Positions 46,755 to 56,957 of a stretch of DNA of 64,000 nt are shown one piece after another. Positions within the stretch are counted from its first letter, which is position 1, and the number at the start of each line of letters is the position of its first letter. The notes under the pieces are model-generated. The model ran no database searches. It saw only the letters and a program-made list of their open reading frames with translations, and was not told the DNA's origin. Origin of the DNA: an uncultured Gemmatimonadales bacterium (GTDB taxonomy: Bacteria; Gemmatimonadota; Gemmatimonadetes; Longimicrobiales; Longimicrobiaceae). A program made the position numbers and the translations under genes. The stretch lies in the NCBI GenBank assembly GCA_963716255.1, contig OY970303.1, positions 2,016,001-2,080,000 on the forward strand, written 5' to 3'.

Positions 46755-47051
46755 TCAGCGGTTCTTGCGGATCGCGCGGACCAGTTCCTCCTTGCCCATC
46801 TTGCTGCGACCTTCGATGTCCATATCCCTGGCGATGTTGTAGAGCTCGTCGCGGGTGCGCTCGTCCAGCGACTCGCGGGGGTTGCCCGTCCCCTGCGTGG
46901 TGCGGTTGGGGGTGCGCCCCTCCTCGCGGCGGCGCTTGTTGACGGTGCGCGCCGCGATCTCCTCCGCGCGCTCCTCGCCCACCCCGCGCTCCTCCTCGCC
47001 CTCCTTGACGTGCTCGTACATCCGTTCGTCCTTGCCGCTCCAGGCAGGCAT
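46755..47051 (-). CDS. Small basic protein with Rho-N-like C-terminal domain
   Basis: GGAGG RBS; ERMYEHVK..AARTVNK and T..ELY..A...I.GRSKM.K.EL motifs. Confidence 0.75.
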   Translation of the reverse strand: MPAWSGKDERMYEHVKEGEEERGVGEERAEEIAARTVNKRRREEGRTPNRTTQGTGNPRESLDERTRDELYNIARDMDIEGRSKMGKEELVRAIRKNR

Positions 47052-47247
47052 GCGCCACCTCCGTCGTGTCGTGGTCCCAGGCGTGAACGCCGCGTCGCCC
47101 GCACGCTCGCAAGACGAGTACCGGCAGGCGATTGCGCCGGCACGACGCCGGGCCTGACGGAGCCGGGGCCGGTAGACAGGACGCCCGCATGCGTTTAGGC
47201 TTCGTCGCATCGGCTTCACTTTCGGACGCGGCGATGCGGGAGCGTAC

Positions 47248-47763
47248 ATGACGGAGCGGGTGATCCTGGTGGACGAGAGCGACCGCGAGGTCGGAACGGA
47301 GGACAAGGAGCGCGCCCACCGCGAGGGGCGGCTGCACCGCGCCTTCTCGGTGTTCGTGTTCAACTCGCGCGGCGAGATGCTCCTGCAGCGGCGCGCGAGG
47401 GCCAAGTACCACTCCGCCGGGCTGTGGACGAACACCTGCTGCAGCCACCCGCGCCCGGGGGAGAGCGTGGCCGACGCGGCCCGCCGCCGGCTGCGCGAGG
47501 AGATGGGGATGGAGTGCGACCTGCGCGGCGCCTTTCCCTTCGTGTACCGCGCCGAGCTGGACCGCGGGATGACGGAGCACGAGTACGACCACGTGTTCGT
47601 GGGCCGGTGCGACCGCGACCCGGTCCCCGACGCGGGCGAGGTGGAGGAGTGGGCCTGGGTGCACCCGGACGCCGTCCGCCGCGACGTGGCGGAGCGGCCG
47701 GACCGCTACACGTACTGGTTCCGCGTGGCGCTCCCCGAGCTGCTGGAGCGCATGGCCGCGTAG
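47248..47763 (+). CDS. idi: Isopentenyl-diphosphate delta-isomerase type 1
   Basis: LHRAFSVF, WTNTCCSHP, RRLREEMG and EHEYDHVF motifs. Confidence 0.95.
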   Translation: MTERVILVDESDREVGTEDKERAHREGRLHRAFSVFVFNSRGEMLLQRRARAKYHSAGLWTNTCCSHPRPGESVADAARRRLREEMGMECDLRGAFPFVYRAELDRGMTEHEYDHVFVGRCDRDPVPDAGEVEEWAWVHPDAVRRDVAERPDRYTYWFRVALPELLERMAA

Positions 47764-47945
47764 ACGTCCCCCGCCCGCCGCCCGCGCCGCGTCCATCGCC
47801 GCGCTGGTCCGGCGGCGCCGCGCGGAGTATCGTTGTGCGGCCGGAAAAGCTTGGGTGACGGGCCGGCCCCCGGGCTCGTCTCCCCGTACGTGCCCTTCCC
47901 CGCTCCGGTCCCGCTCCCCTCCTCTCCTCGCCGATCCGCCGCCCG

Positions 47946-49448
47946 ATGCCCCCGCTCCGCCCCCGCACGACGATCCTCCGTGCCCTCGCCGTCGCGGCCG
48001 CGCTGCTCGGCGCCGCCGCGTCCCCCGGGGCCGCGCAGGCCGGCAATCCCGCCGTGGCGGAGGCGCTCGCGCTGCGCGACGCACGGGACTTCGCGGGCGC
48101 CGCCGCGGCCCTGCGCCGCCACCTCGCGGAGCACCCCGGCGACGGCGAGGCGCTGCGGCTGCTCGCGCAGACCCTGTACTGGGACGGCAGGCGGGAGCCC
48201 GCCCGCGGCGCATACGAGCAGGCGCTCGCCCTCCACCCCGGCGACACCCGGCTGCGGCTGGACTACGCCCGCATGCTCGCCGAGACCGGGGGCGCGAGGA
48301 GGGCGAGCGCCGTGCTGGAGCCGGTCCCCACCGAGGGGAGCGCCGGTGCGGAGGCGGAGACGCTGCGCGGGACGCTGGCCTACTGGTCGGGCGACCCGGC
48401 GACCGCCGCCGCCCGCTTCCGGGCCGCGCTCCGCCTGGACCCGGAGCGGACCGAAGCGCGCCGCCTGCTCGACGAGATCCGCGCGGCGGCGGCTCCCCGG
48501 GCGAGCGTGGCCGCGTCCGCGCGCCGGGACGGCCAGCCGCTCGACCGCGCCGCCGTGGCGGTCGAGGCGGGCTGGCATCCCTCCGTCGCCCACGCCGTCT
48601 CGCTGCGCGCGGAGCCGCAGCGCTACACCGCCCGGGGCGTGGAGGCGAGCCTGTTCCAGGGCGAGATCGGCGTGCGGAGCGCCTGGCCCGGCGGCCCGGT
48701 GGAAACGGAGCTCGCGGCCGGCGCGGTGCAGCGCACCGCCGGGGCGGACTGGACCGGCCGCGCCGCGGTCGGGCTCCGCCTGCCGGCGCACCTGGTCGTC
48801 CGCCTGCGGGCGGAGCGGGCGACGTACCTGTGGACGGTCGCGAGCCTCGAAGAGCCGGTGACCACCCGGACGGGGGCCGTGCTCCTGGAATGGAGCGATC
48901 CCCGGGGATGGCTGGGGCAGCTGGGAGCCGGGGTGGACCGGTACCCGGACGCGAACCAGGTGCGCTCCGCCCACGCGTGGATCCTCGCCCCGGTGGTGCG
49001 CACGCGCGCCGCGACGCTTCAGCTCGGCTACGGCTTCGGCGCCCAGGACGCGGACGAGAGCCGCTTCGTCCCGCTCGCCGGGACGCCGCCCTCCGGCGAG
49101 TACGCCCCGTACTACACGCCCATGGGCATGCATTCCCACAGCCTCACCGGGGCGGTGGAAGCGGCGGGCGGGGGCTTCGCGCTGCGCGCCGGGGGTGCGT
49201 ACGGGGTGGCCGCCCGGGAGGACGCCCCCTTCGCCATCGGCGGTCCCGGGACGCAGCCGGGCTGGTACTCGCGGAGCTTCCATCCCTGGAACGCCCGCGC
49301 GCATGCGGACGTGCGCCTCGCGCCCGGCGCCTCCGTCGCGCTGGAGGCGGAGCACTTCCGGACCGCGTTCTACGACTACACGGCCGGGAGCGTGGGAATC
49401 GTCCTCCGCCGCCTCCCCCGCGCGGGCGGCGGGGCCGGGGGGTGGTAG
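47946..49448 (+). CDS. TPR + beta-barrel outer-membrane protein (BcsC/PgaA-like export candidate)
   Basis: Signal peptide, several TPRs, C-terminal amphipathic strands, YYTP motif. Confidence 0.65.
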   Translation: MPPLRPRTTILRALAVAAALLGAAASPGAAQAGNPAVAEALALRDARDFAGAAAALRRHLAEHPGDGEALRLLAQTLYWDGRREPARGAYEQALALHPGDTRLRLDYARMLAETGGARRASAVLEPVPTEGSAGAEAETLRGTLAYWSGDPATAAARFRAALRLDPERTEARRLLDEIRAAAAPRASVAASARRDGQPLDRAAVAVEAGWHPSVAHAVSLRAEPQRYTARGVEASLFQGEIGVRSAWPGGPVETELAAGAVQRTAGADWTGRAAVGLRLPAHLVVRLRAERATYLWTVASLEEPVTTRTGAVLLEWSDPRGWLGQLGAGVDRYPDANQVRSAHAWILAPVVRTRAATLQLGYGFGAQDADESRFVPLAGTPPSGEYAPYYTPMGMHSHSLTGAVEAAGGGFALRAGGAYGVAAREDAPFAIGGPGTQPGWYSRSFHPWNARAHADVRLAPGASVALEAEHFRTAFYDYTAGSVGIVLRRLPRAGGGAGGW

Positions 49449-51058
49449 CGCCGCTCCCGCGCCGCCGGGCCCCGGACGACCCGTGGGTGCGGCGCCGCGC
49501 GGCCCCGGTGCGCTTCCGCGACCGCCTCGTCCTCACCGTGCTGGTGGGTGGGGGAGCCGCTTCCTGCCTCCTGCTCGCGGACTGGTGGTTCCGTCCCGGC
49601 CACGTGGCCCAGCCGGCCCTCTTCGTCCTCCTCTCGCTGGCGTTCTGGTACGGAGCCGGCAGGATCGTGGTGGGGTGGGTCAACTACCTGGGGGTCGCGC
49701 GGCCGGAGCACGTGCCGGCCCCCGGCGGGCTGCGGGTCGCGGTCTTCACCACCAGCTCCCCCGGCGAGCCGCTCTCCATGTTCGAGACGACGCTGGCGGC
49801 CTGCGCGCGGATCCGCTACCCGCACACCACCTACCTCCTGGACGACACCCGCGACCCGCGGTTCCGCGAGGCGGCGGAGCGGCACGGGGCGGTGTGGCTG
49901 GAGCTGGTGGGGCTGCCGGGCGCGAAGGCGGGAAAGATCAACCGGGCGCTGGAGCTCACGGACGAGGAGTTCGTCCTGGTGCTCGACCCGGACCACGTGC
50001 CCTTCCCGGAGTTCCTGGACCGCACCCTGGGCCACCTATCGGACCCGCGGGTGGGCTTCGTGCAGGTCTGCCAGGCGTACTACAACCAGGGACGCTCGTT
50101 CGTGGCGCGGGGCGCCGCGGAGCAGACGTACGCCTTCTACGGCCCGGGCCAGATGGGGCTGTTCGGACACGGCGCGGCGCTCGCCATCGGCGCCAACTGC
50201 ACCTTCCGGCGGGCGGCGCTGGAATCGGTGGGCGGCCACGGGGTGGGGCTGGCGGAGGACCTGGTCACCGCCATCCGGCTGCACGCCGCGGGGTGGAAGT
50301 CGGTGTACGTCCCCGAGGTGGTGAGCCGGGGTCTCGTCCCGGAGGACCTGGGCTCCTTCCAGAAGCAGCAGCTCAAGTGGGCCCGCGGCGTCTACGAGAT
50401 GGTCTTCGCGGAGCTCCCGCGCGCGTTCACGCGACTCACCTGGCGGCAGCGGCTCTGCTACGCCACGGTGGGGACCTACTACCTGTTCGGCGCCACCACC
50501 CTGCTCTTCCTCGTGATCCCGTACCTCTACCTGTGGACCGGAGTGCAGCCCGCCTCCATGCGCTTCGCGGGATTCCTGACCGCCTCGGCCCCGGTCTCGG
50601 GGTTCGGGGCCGCGGTGTACCTGTACGTGCAGCGATGGCTCTGCCACCCCGCCGTCGAGCGCGGGATCCACTGGCGGGGGCTGGTGCTCAAGGTGGCCTG
50701 CTGGCCCGTTTTCCTGGCCGGGACGCTGCTCGCCGTCGTCCGCGCCGAGATCCCCTACGTTCCCACCGCCAAGCAGGCGGTGCGCGGACACGTGCTGCGG
50801 CTGGCGCGGCCGCACCTGGCCCTGCTGGCCCTCTACCTGGCGACCGTGGCACACGTGGCGTACACGCGCCTGGCGGAAACCCCGGAGGGGGCGCTGGAGC
50901 TGAGCGGCGAGGCGGTGTGGGGGATGCTGGGGTTCGCCACCGTCCCGGTGCTGATGGCGTGCGGGGCGGTGTACGCCGCGTGGCGCTCGCGCACCCCCGC
51001 CCCGGGGACGCCGTGGGAGGCCGTGCCGGTGGACCGCCTGGGAGGGGAGGCACGATGA
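49442..51058 (+). CDS. Processive GT2 glycosyltransferase (cellulose-synthase-like)
   Basis: LLDD, KAG.IN, DPD, AED and QQLKW motifs plus TM helices; start uncertain. Confidence 0.85.
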   Translation: MVAPLPRRRAPDDPWVRRRAAPVRFRDRLVLTVLVGGGAASCLLLADWWFRPGHVAQPALFVLLSLAFWYGAGRIVVGWVNYLGVARPEHVPAPGGLRVAVFTTSSPGEPLSMFETTLAACARIRYPHTTYLLDDTRDPRFREAAERHGAVWLELVGLPGAKAGKINRALELTDEEFVLVLDPDHVPFPEFLDRTLGHLSDPRVGFVQVCQAYYNQGRSFVARGAAEQTYAFYGPGQMGLFGHGAALAIGANCTFRRAALESVGGHGVGLAEDLVTAIRLHAAGWKSVYVPEVVSRGLVPEDLGSFQKQQLKWARGVYEMVFAELPRAFTRLTWRQRLCYATVGTYYLFGATTLLFLVIPYLYLWTGVQPASMRFAGFLTASAPVSGFGAAVYLYVQRWLCHPAVERGIHWRGLVLKVACWPVFLAGTLLAVVRAEIPYVPTAKQAVRGHVLRLARPHLALLALYLATVAHVAYTRLAETPEGALELSGEAVWGMLGFATVPVLMACGAVYAAWRSRTPAPGTPWEAVPVDRLGGEAR

Positions 51059-52227
51059 GGCGCACGGGGAGGATCGTCCTGACGGCCGCGGCGCTGGCCG
51101 GGTGCGCGGCCGCGGTGCTGGGGCTGACGGCCCTCGGCACGCGGGCGGAAGGACCGCTTACGGGAGCGCTGGAGCGGGCCGCGGGGATGGTGGGGGTCGT
51201 GGAGGGACGCGTCGCCCGGCGGGTGCACGGCCCCGGCCGGGAGGCGCGGCTCGCCTGGTTCGGCCCCATGCGGACGGCGGCCCGCCTGCGGCGGCCGGAG
51301 GGGGTGCTGCTCGGCGCGTACGACCAGGGCCTCCCCGCGAGCCTCCAGGGAGTCCTGGACCTGGAGAGCCGCCTGGGGACGGTGCTCCCGCTGGTCGCGC
51401 TGTACACGGCGTGGGGCGACCGGCCCGAGCAGCAGTTCCCGCGGCGGCAGCTGCAGGCCGTCTGGGACCTGGGCTCGGTTCCCGTGGTCACCTGGGAGCC
51501 GTGGCTCACCGACTTCGAGAACCGGCTGCACCCGTCGCTGCCGCTTCGCGCGGAGAGGGACCGCGGCGGGCTGGCCGCCATCGCCCGCGGCGAGTACGAC
51601 TTCTACGTCGACGCGTGGGCGCGGGACGCGGCCCGCTGGGGCAGGCCGGTCTTCGTGCGGTGGGGCCACGAGATGAACGACCCGTACCGCTACCCCTGGG
51701 GCCCCCAGAACAACGCCTCCGCCGACTACGTGGCCGCGTGGCGCCACGTGGTGGAGCGGTTCCGGCGCGCCGGGGCGGCGAACGTCCTGTGGGTGTGGTC
51801 GCCCCACGTGGCGTACTCGGGCGCCGCGAGCTATTACCCGGGCGGCGACGTGGTGGACTGGGTGGCGACGGGCGCGCTCAACTACGGCACCGTGGCGTAC
51901 TGGTCGCGCTGGTGGAGCTTCGAGGAGATCTACGGCTCCAAGCGGGGCGCTCTCACGCCATACGGCAAGCCGGTGATGATCGCCGAGTTCGGCTCCCTCG
52001 CGGTGGGCGGGGACCGCGCCGCCTGGTATCGCGAAGCGCTCGCGGATCTTCCCGCCCGTCATCCCGAGGTGAAGGCGGTGATCGTCTACGGCGCCTCGCG
52101 CGACGCCACCGTGACGCAGCAGACCCTGGACTGGTCCGTGACGCCCGACTCCGCCTCCGCCCGCGCCGTGGCGGACGAGCTGGCCCGCTGGGCGCCCGCG
52201 CCCGCTCGCGTCCCCCCGAAACGCTGA
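51055..52227 (+). CDS. GH26-family glycoside hydrolase
   Basis: TWEPW, RWGHEMN, WVWSP, YYPG.D.VDW and KPVMIAEFG motifs; ATGA coupling. Confidence 0.85.
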   Translation: MRRTGRIVLTAAALAGCAAAVLGLTALGTRAEGPLTGALERAAGMVGVVEGRVARRVHGPGREARLAWFGPMRTAARLRRPEGVLLGAYDQGLPASLQGVLDLESRLGTVLPLVALYTAWGDRPEQQFPRRQLQAVWDLGSVPVVTWEPWLTDFENRLHPSLPLRAERDRGGLAAIARGEYDFYVDAWARDAARWGRPVFVRWGHEMNDPYRYPWGPQNNASADYVAAWRHVVERFRRAGAANVLWVWSPHVAYSGAASYYPGGDVVDWVATGALNYGTVAYWSRWWSFEEIYGSKRGALTPYGKPVMIAEFGSLAVGGDRAAWYREALADLPARHPEVKAVIVYGASRDATVTQQTLDWSVTPDSASARAVADELARWAPAPARVPPKR

Positions 52228-52344
52228 CCCGGGCGCTCCGGACCGGCGTCGCCCGGCCCGGCCCGCCGGCCACGCTCCCGTGGACCGCCGTTTGCGGCAC
52301 GGGACCCGTTGATGGCCCCTCCTCCAATCCAACCGGAAAACGTC

Positions 52345-52542
52345 ATGAGCCACCGATCCGTCCTCCTCCCCTGCGCGGTGCTGCTCCTGTCCGCGTGCTC
52401 GGTTCCCTTCCGGACCTCCAGCGACGAGAAGAAGGCGGCGTGCGACCGGATCGCGGCGCGAGCGATCCAGACCACCTCGCTGCAGCAGGCCAAGGACCTG
52501 GCCGCGCAGGCCGCCGAGTGCTACGCCCGCGCCCAGCAGTAG
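52345..52542 (+). CDS. Small lipoprotein
   Basis: Lipobox LSAC; two further Cys residues. Confidence 0.55.
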   Translation: MSHRSVLLPCAVLLLSACSVPFRTSSDEKKAACDRIAARAIQTTSLQQAKDLAAQAAECYARAQQ

Positions 52543-52679
52543 CGGCGAAGGCTTCCCGCGGACGTCCGCCGCCACGGGAGGCGGCGGGCGTCCGCTCCCT
52601 GCTCCACCGCGTTTCCGCACCGTAGCCGCCACGCCGCGCCGCTTCCGCCGCCCTCCTCGAACGATCGTCCGTACACGCG

Positions 52680-52708
52680 TTGACACCCCCCGCCGCGCCG
52701 GGTAGTGT
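52680..52708 (+). promoter_or_regulatory. sigma70 promoter
   Basis: Perfect TTGACA-17 nt-TAGTGT upstream of the 2Fe-2S gene. Confidence 0.75.
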
Positions 52709-52772
52709 TGTGGTCCGGAACCCACACGCGCGGCGGCGGTTCCGCGCGCGCGAGCCCCATCACGGAGCCCCC

Positions 52773-53288
<516 letters not shown>

Positions 53289-53334
53289 GCCTGCATCCCG
53301 TCGTCCCCGGTATGCCCGCGCAGGAGACCAGGCC

Positions 53335-55878
53335 ATGACCACCGACAAGCAAAACCCGTACGGGCCCCGCGACCCGCTGTCGCCCGGGGACGACGTCGAG
53401 ACGGAGAGCGCCCGTGGCGGGGTGCCGCCGGACCAGCCCGAGGTGGCCGCGTCCGGGGTCCCGGTGGTGGAGCACGACCGCTCGCACGTGGGCGAGCCCA
53501 TCCCGCTGCACGGAAGCCGCGAGGACCAGCCGCGCGACCTCAACGTGATCGGGACGCGGCAGCGCAAGACGGACGGGCTGGAAAAGTCGGTGGGGCGGGC
53601 GCGCTACACCGACGACATCGTCCTGCCGGGGATGCTGCACGGCAAGATCCTGCGCTCGCCCCACCCGCACGCCCGCATCCTGGCCATCGACACCCGCGAG
53701 GCGGAAGCCCTTCCCGGCGTCTTCGGCGTGGTCACCGGGCGCGAGATGCCCATCCCCTTCGGCATCATCGTGTGGACGCCGGACGAGCAGGCGCTGGCGA
53801 CCGACAAGGTGCGCTACATCGGCGACGCGGTGGCGGCGGTCGCGGCCTTGGACGAGGACACGGCGAACCGCGCCCTGGAGCTGATCCGCGTGGAGTACGA
53901 GGTGCTGGAGGCGATCTTCGACCCGCACGAGGCTGCCCGCCGCACGGACGTGCAGGTGCACGAGGCCAAGAAGCCAGGCCATAATGGCAACATCTCCAAG
54001 ATGGTGAAGCTGGAGTTCGGCGAGGTGGACGCCGGGCTCGCCGCCAGCGACGTGGTGGTGGAGGGGGAGTACTTCTTCGAGGGGACCACGCACACCCCCA
54101 TCGAGCCGCACTGCGCCATCGGGCAGTGGGAGGAGGGGGGCGCCTCCGTCGGGCGGCTGACCGTGTGGTCCAGCACCCAGGTGCCCCACTACCTGCACCG
54201 CGAGCTGGCGCGGGTGCTGGAGCTGGACCCGGCGCGGGTGCGCGTGGTGCAGCCGCACGTGGGCGGCGGCTTCGGCGGCAAGAGCGAGCCCTTCGACCTG
54301 GAGTTCTGCGTCGCGAAGCTGGCCATGAAGACGGGGCGCCCGGTCAAGATCCTGTACACCCGCGAGGAGGTGTTCTACGCCCACCGCGGCCGGCACCCCT
54401 TCCACATGCGCTACCGGGTGGGCGCGGGCCTGGACGGCACGCTGCGGGCGGTGGACGCGCGGACGCTGCTGGACGGGGGCGCGTACTCGTCGTTCGGGCT
54501 GGTGACCACGTACTACTCGGGGCAGCTGCTCACGGCGCCGTACCGGATCCCGGCGTACCGCTTCGACAGCACGCGCGTCTTCACCAACAAGCCGGCGTGC
54601 GGCCCCAAGCGCGGGCACGGCAGCGTGCAGCCCCGCTTCGCCTTCGAGGTGACGCTGGACAAGCTGGCGGAGCGGCTGGGGCTGGACCCCATCGAGCTGC
54701 GCCGCCGCAACTTCATGGGGGAGATGACGCGCACCGTCAACGAGCTGCGCATCACCTCCAACGGCTTCCTCCAGTGCCTGGAATCGGTGGAGAGGGCCAG
54801 CGGGTGGAAGGACAAGTTCCGCCGGATGGGCCACGGGCGGGGGGTGGGGGTGGCGGGGTCGTGCTACATCTCCGGCACCAACTACCCCATCTACCCCAAC
54901 AAGCTGCCGCAGTCCGCGGTGCAGCTGCAGGTGGACCGCTCGGGGAGGGTGGCCGTGTTCTCGGGGGCCAGCGACATCGGGCAGGGCTCCACCTCGCTGG
55001 TGGCGTACATCGTCTGCGAGGAGCTGGGGGTGCCGCTGGACTACGTGCGCGTCCTCCCCTCGGACACGGACTTCACCCCGGTGGACCTGGGCGCGTACTC
55101 GTCGCGCGTCACCTTCATGCTGGGGAACGCGTGCCTGGACGCGGCGCGCCGCCTCAAGGCGCTGGTGCAGGAGGCGGTGGGCGAGGAGTGGGGAATCCCG
55201 CCCAAGCGGGTGCTGCTGGCCGGCGGCCGGGCGATGGACGGCGCGGACACCGGCCGGAACATGGCCATCGCCGAGGCGTTCCGCCTGGCGGAGGCGCGCA
55301 GCGGGACGCTGGGCTCGACCGGGTGGTACCACACGCCCACGGACGTGCACGGCGAGTACCGCGGCGGCACCATCGGCGCGTCGCCGGCGTACTCGTTCAC
55401 GGCGCACGTGGCGGAGGTGGAGGTGGACCCGGAGAGCGGCTTCGTGGAGGTGAAGACCATCTGGGTGGCGCACGACTGCGGCCGCGCCCTCAACCCCACC
55501 ATCGTGGAGGGGCAGATGGAGGGCTCGGCGTACATGGGCTTCGGCGAGGCGCTGATGGAGCAGCACGTCTTCAAGGACGCCGACCACGGCCGCGCCGGCC
55601 TGCACGACGGCCCCTCGCTCCTGGACTACCGCATCCCCGCGTCGGTGGACACGCCGGAGCTGCGCTCGCTGATCGTGGAGTCCATCGACCCGGAGGGTCC
55701 CTACGGCGCCAAGGAGGCCGGCGAGGGCCCCCTGCACCCCTCCATCCCCGCCATCGCCAACGCGATCTACGACGCCGTGGGCGTGCGCATGGACTCGCTG
55801 CCCTTCTCCCCCCCGCGCGTGTGGCGCGCGCTCCGGGCGAAGGCGGCGCACGAGGAGCAGCGCGCCGCGGCGGACTGA
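53335..55878 (+). CDS. Molybdopterin-binding large subunit, xanthine dehydrogenase family (4-hydroxybenzoyl-CoA reductase alpha-like)
   Basis: GGGFGGK, PKRGHG, DIGQG, VEGQMEG and GAKEAGE motifs. Confidence 0.9.
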   Translation: MTTDKQNPYGPRDPLSPGDDVETESARGGVPPDQPEVAASGVPVVEHDRSHVGEPIPLHGSREDQPRDLNVIGTRQRKTDGLEKSVGRARYTDDIVLPGMLHGKILRSPHPHARILAIDTREAEALPGVFGVVTGREMPIPFGIIVWTPDEQALATDKVRYIGDAVAAVAALDEDTANRALELIRVEYEVLEAIFDPHEAARRTDVQVHEAKKPGHNGNISKMVKLEFGEVDAGLAASDVVVEGEYFFEGTTHTPIEPHCAIGQWEEGGASVGRLTVWSSTQVPHYLHRELARVLELDPARVRVVQPHVGGGFGGKSEPFDLEFCVAKLAMKTGRPVKILYTREEVFYAHRGRHPFHMRYRVGAGLDGTLRAVDARTLLDGGAYSSFGLVTTYYSGQLLTAPYRIPAYRFDSTRVFTNKPACGPKRGHGSVQPRFAFEVTLDKLAERLGLDPIELRRRNFMGEMTRTVNELRITSNGFLQCLESVERASGWKDKFRRMGHGRGVGVAGSCYISGTNYPIYPNKLPQSAVQLQVDRSGRVAVFSGASDIGQGSTSLVAYIVCEELGVPLDYVRVLPSDTDFTPVDLGAYSSRVTFMLGNACLDAARRLKALVQEAVGEEWGIPPKRVLLAGGRAMDGADTGRNMAIAEAFRLAEARSGTLGSTGWYHTPTDVHGEYRGGTIGASPAYSFTAHVAEVEVDPESGFVEVKTIWVAHDCGRALNPTIVEGQMEGSAYMGFGEALMEQHVFKDADHGRAGLHDGPSLLDYRIPASVDTPELRSLIVESIDPEGPYGAKEAGEGPLHPSIPAIANAIYDAVGVRMDSLPFSPPRVWRALRAKAAHEEQRAAAD

Positions 55879-55906
55879 CCGGACGCGGGCTGGCAAAAAA
55901 GAACGT

Positions 55907-55935
55907 GGCGGGGGCGCTCCCGGAGCGCCCCCGCC
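55907..55935. terminator. Hairpin after the Mo-subunit gene
   Basis: GGCGGGGGCGCTC-CCG-GAGCGCCCCCGCC, preceded by an A-tract. Confidence 0.55.
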
Positions 55936-56017
55936 GCTTCGCGTCCGCGAAGGGGAGACGACCGGCGGCGCGACGCTTATATTGGGAAGAGGATCAGCCG
56001 TTTCCGCCGGTCCTCAC

Positions 56018-56157
56018 GGCCCTCGCCCGGCTCGCTTGAGGCTCGCCACCCTCTCCCAATTCTGGGAGAGGGGGCAACTGCACGGCCTCGCTGTCGTTCT
56101 CCCCCTATTCCCCCGCTTGCGGGGGAGGGGTGGCGCAGCGCCGGGGTGGGGGGCCCC
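56018..56157. repeat. R2 (reverse) plus R2-related REP-like repeat in inverted arrangement
   Basis: CCCTCTCCCA-ATTC-TGGGAGAGGG at 56049-56072 and CCCCCGC-TT-GCGGGGG at about 56110-56125. Confidence 0.75.
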
Positions 56158-56179
56158 TGCGGACGCCAGCGCGATGCCC

Positions 56180-56307
56180 GCGTGAGGGATTTCGGCCCGA
56201 AGGGGCGAGACCCGCGGGCAGTTTCGCGGGGCTCGACTCCGTTGGGCTGCGTTGTTTGCAGCCCTACGGAGCCGAAGCCCGACCCCGGCGCAGCCGGGGG
56301 CACGCCC
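56180..56307 (-). repeat. R1 copy 11
   Basis: Reverse complement of consensus; inner stem GGGCTGC/GCAGCCC. Confidence 0.97.
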
Positions 56308-56339
56308 GAACCCGCCGTATCCCCTCAGAACCCCACGAC

Positions 56340-56957
56340 GTGCGCCGCCTCCCCCTCTTCCCGCTCCCCGTCGTCCTCTTCCCGGGCGCCCTGATGCCGC
56401 TGCACGTCTTCGAGCCGCGCTACCGGCAGATGATGGCGCACTGCCTGGAAGGGGACCGGCGCTTCGGGCTGGTGTACCACGACCCGGACCGCCAGGGCCC
56501 GTTCGACCTGGAGCCGGGGCGCGTGGGGTGCATCGCCGAGATCCTGCAGTTCCAGCCGCTCCCGGACGGGCGCTCGCTGGTGCTCACGGAGGGGGTGGAG
56601 CGCTTCCGGATCGAGGACGGGATCGAGTCGGAGGCGCTGTACTTCGAGGCGCTGGTGGACGAGTACCCGGACCTGGACGGCGGGCGGCGCGGGATCGTGC
56701 AGCGGCGGCGCGACTCGGTGGAGCTCTTCCACCGGGTGCTCCAGGAGGTGCTCAACCACCCCGGCCCGCTCCCGCCGGTCAGCACCCGCGGCGAGACCGC
56801 GTTCCAGCTGGCGCAGGCCATCCGCATCGACCCGGCGTGGCAGCAGGAGCTGCTGGAGACGCGGGGCGAGGCGCGCCGCCTGGACCGGCTGGACTTCCTT
56901 TTCCGCGCCATCCTCGACGGCGAGGGCGGCGTCGGCCTGAACAGGGACGACGAATGA
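56340..56957 (+). CDS. LON peptidase substrate-binding (N-terminal) domain protein
   Basis: LPLFPL.VVLFPG..MPLHVFEPRY and LPDGR motifs; GTG start. Confidence 0.9.
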   Translation: MRRLPLFPLPVVLFPGALMPLHVFEPRYRQMMAHCLEGDRRFGLVYHDPDRQGPFDLEPGRVGCIAEILQFQPLPDGRSLVLTEGVERFRIEDGIESEALYFEALVDEYPDLDGGRRGIVQRRRDSVELFHRVLQEVLNHPGPLPPVSTRGETAFQLAQAIRIDPAWQQELLETRGEARRLDRLDFLFRAILDGEGGVGLNRDDE

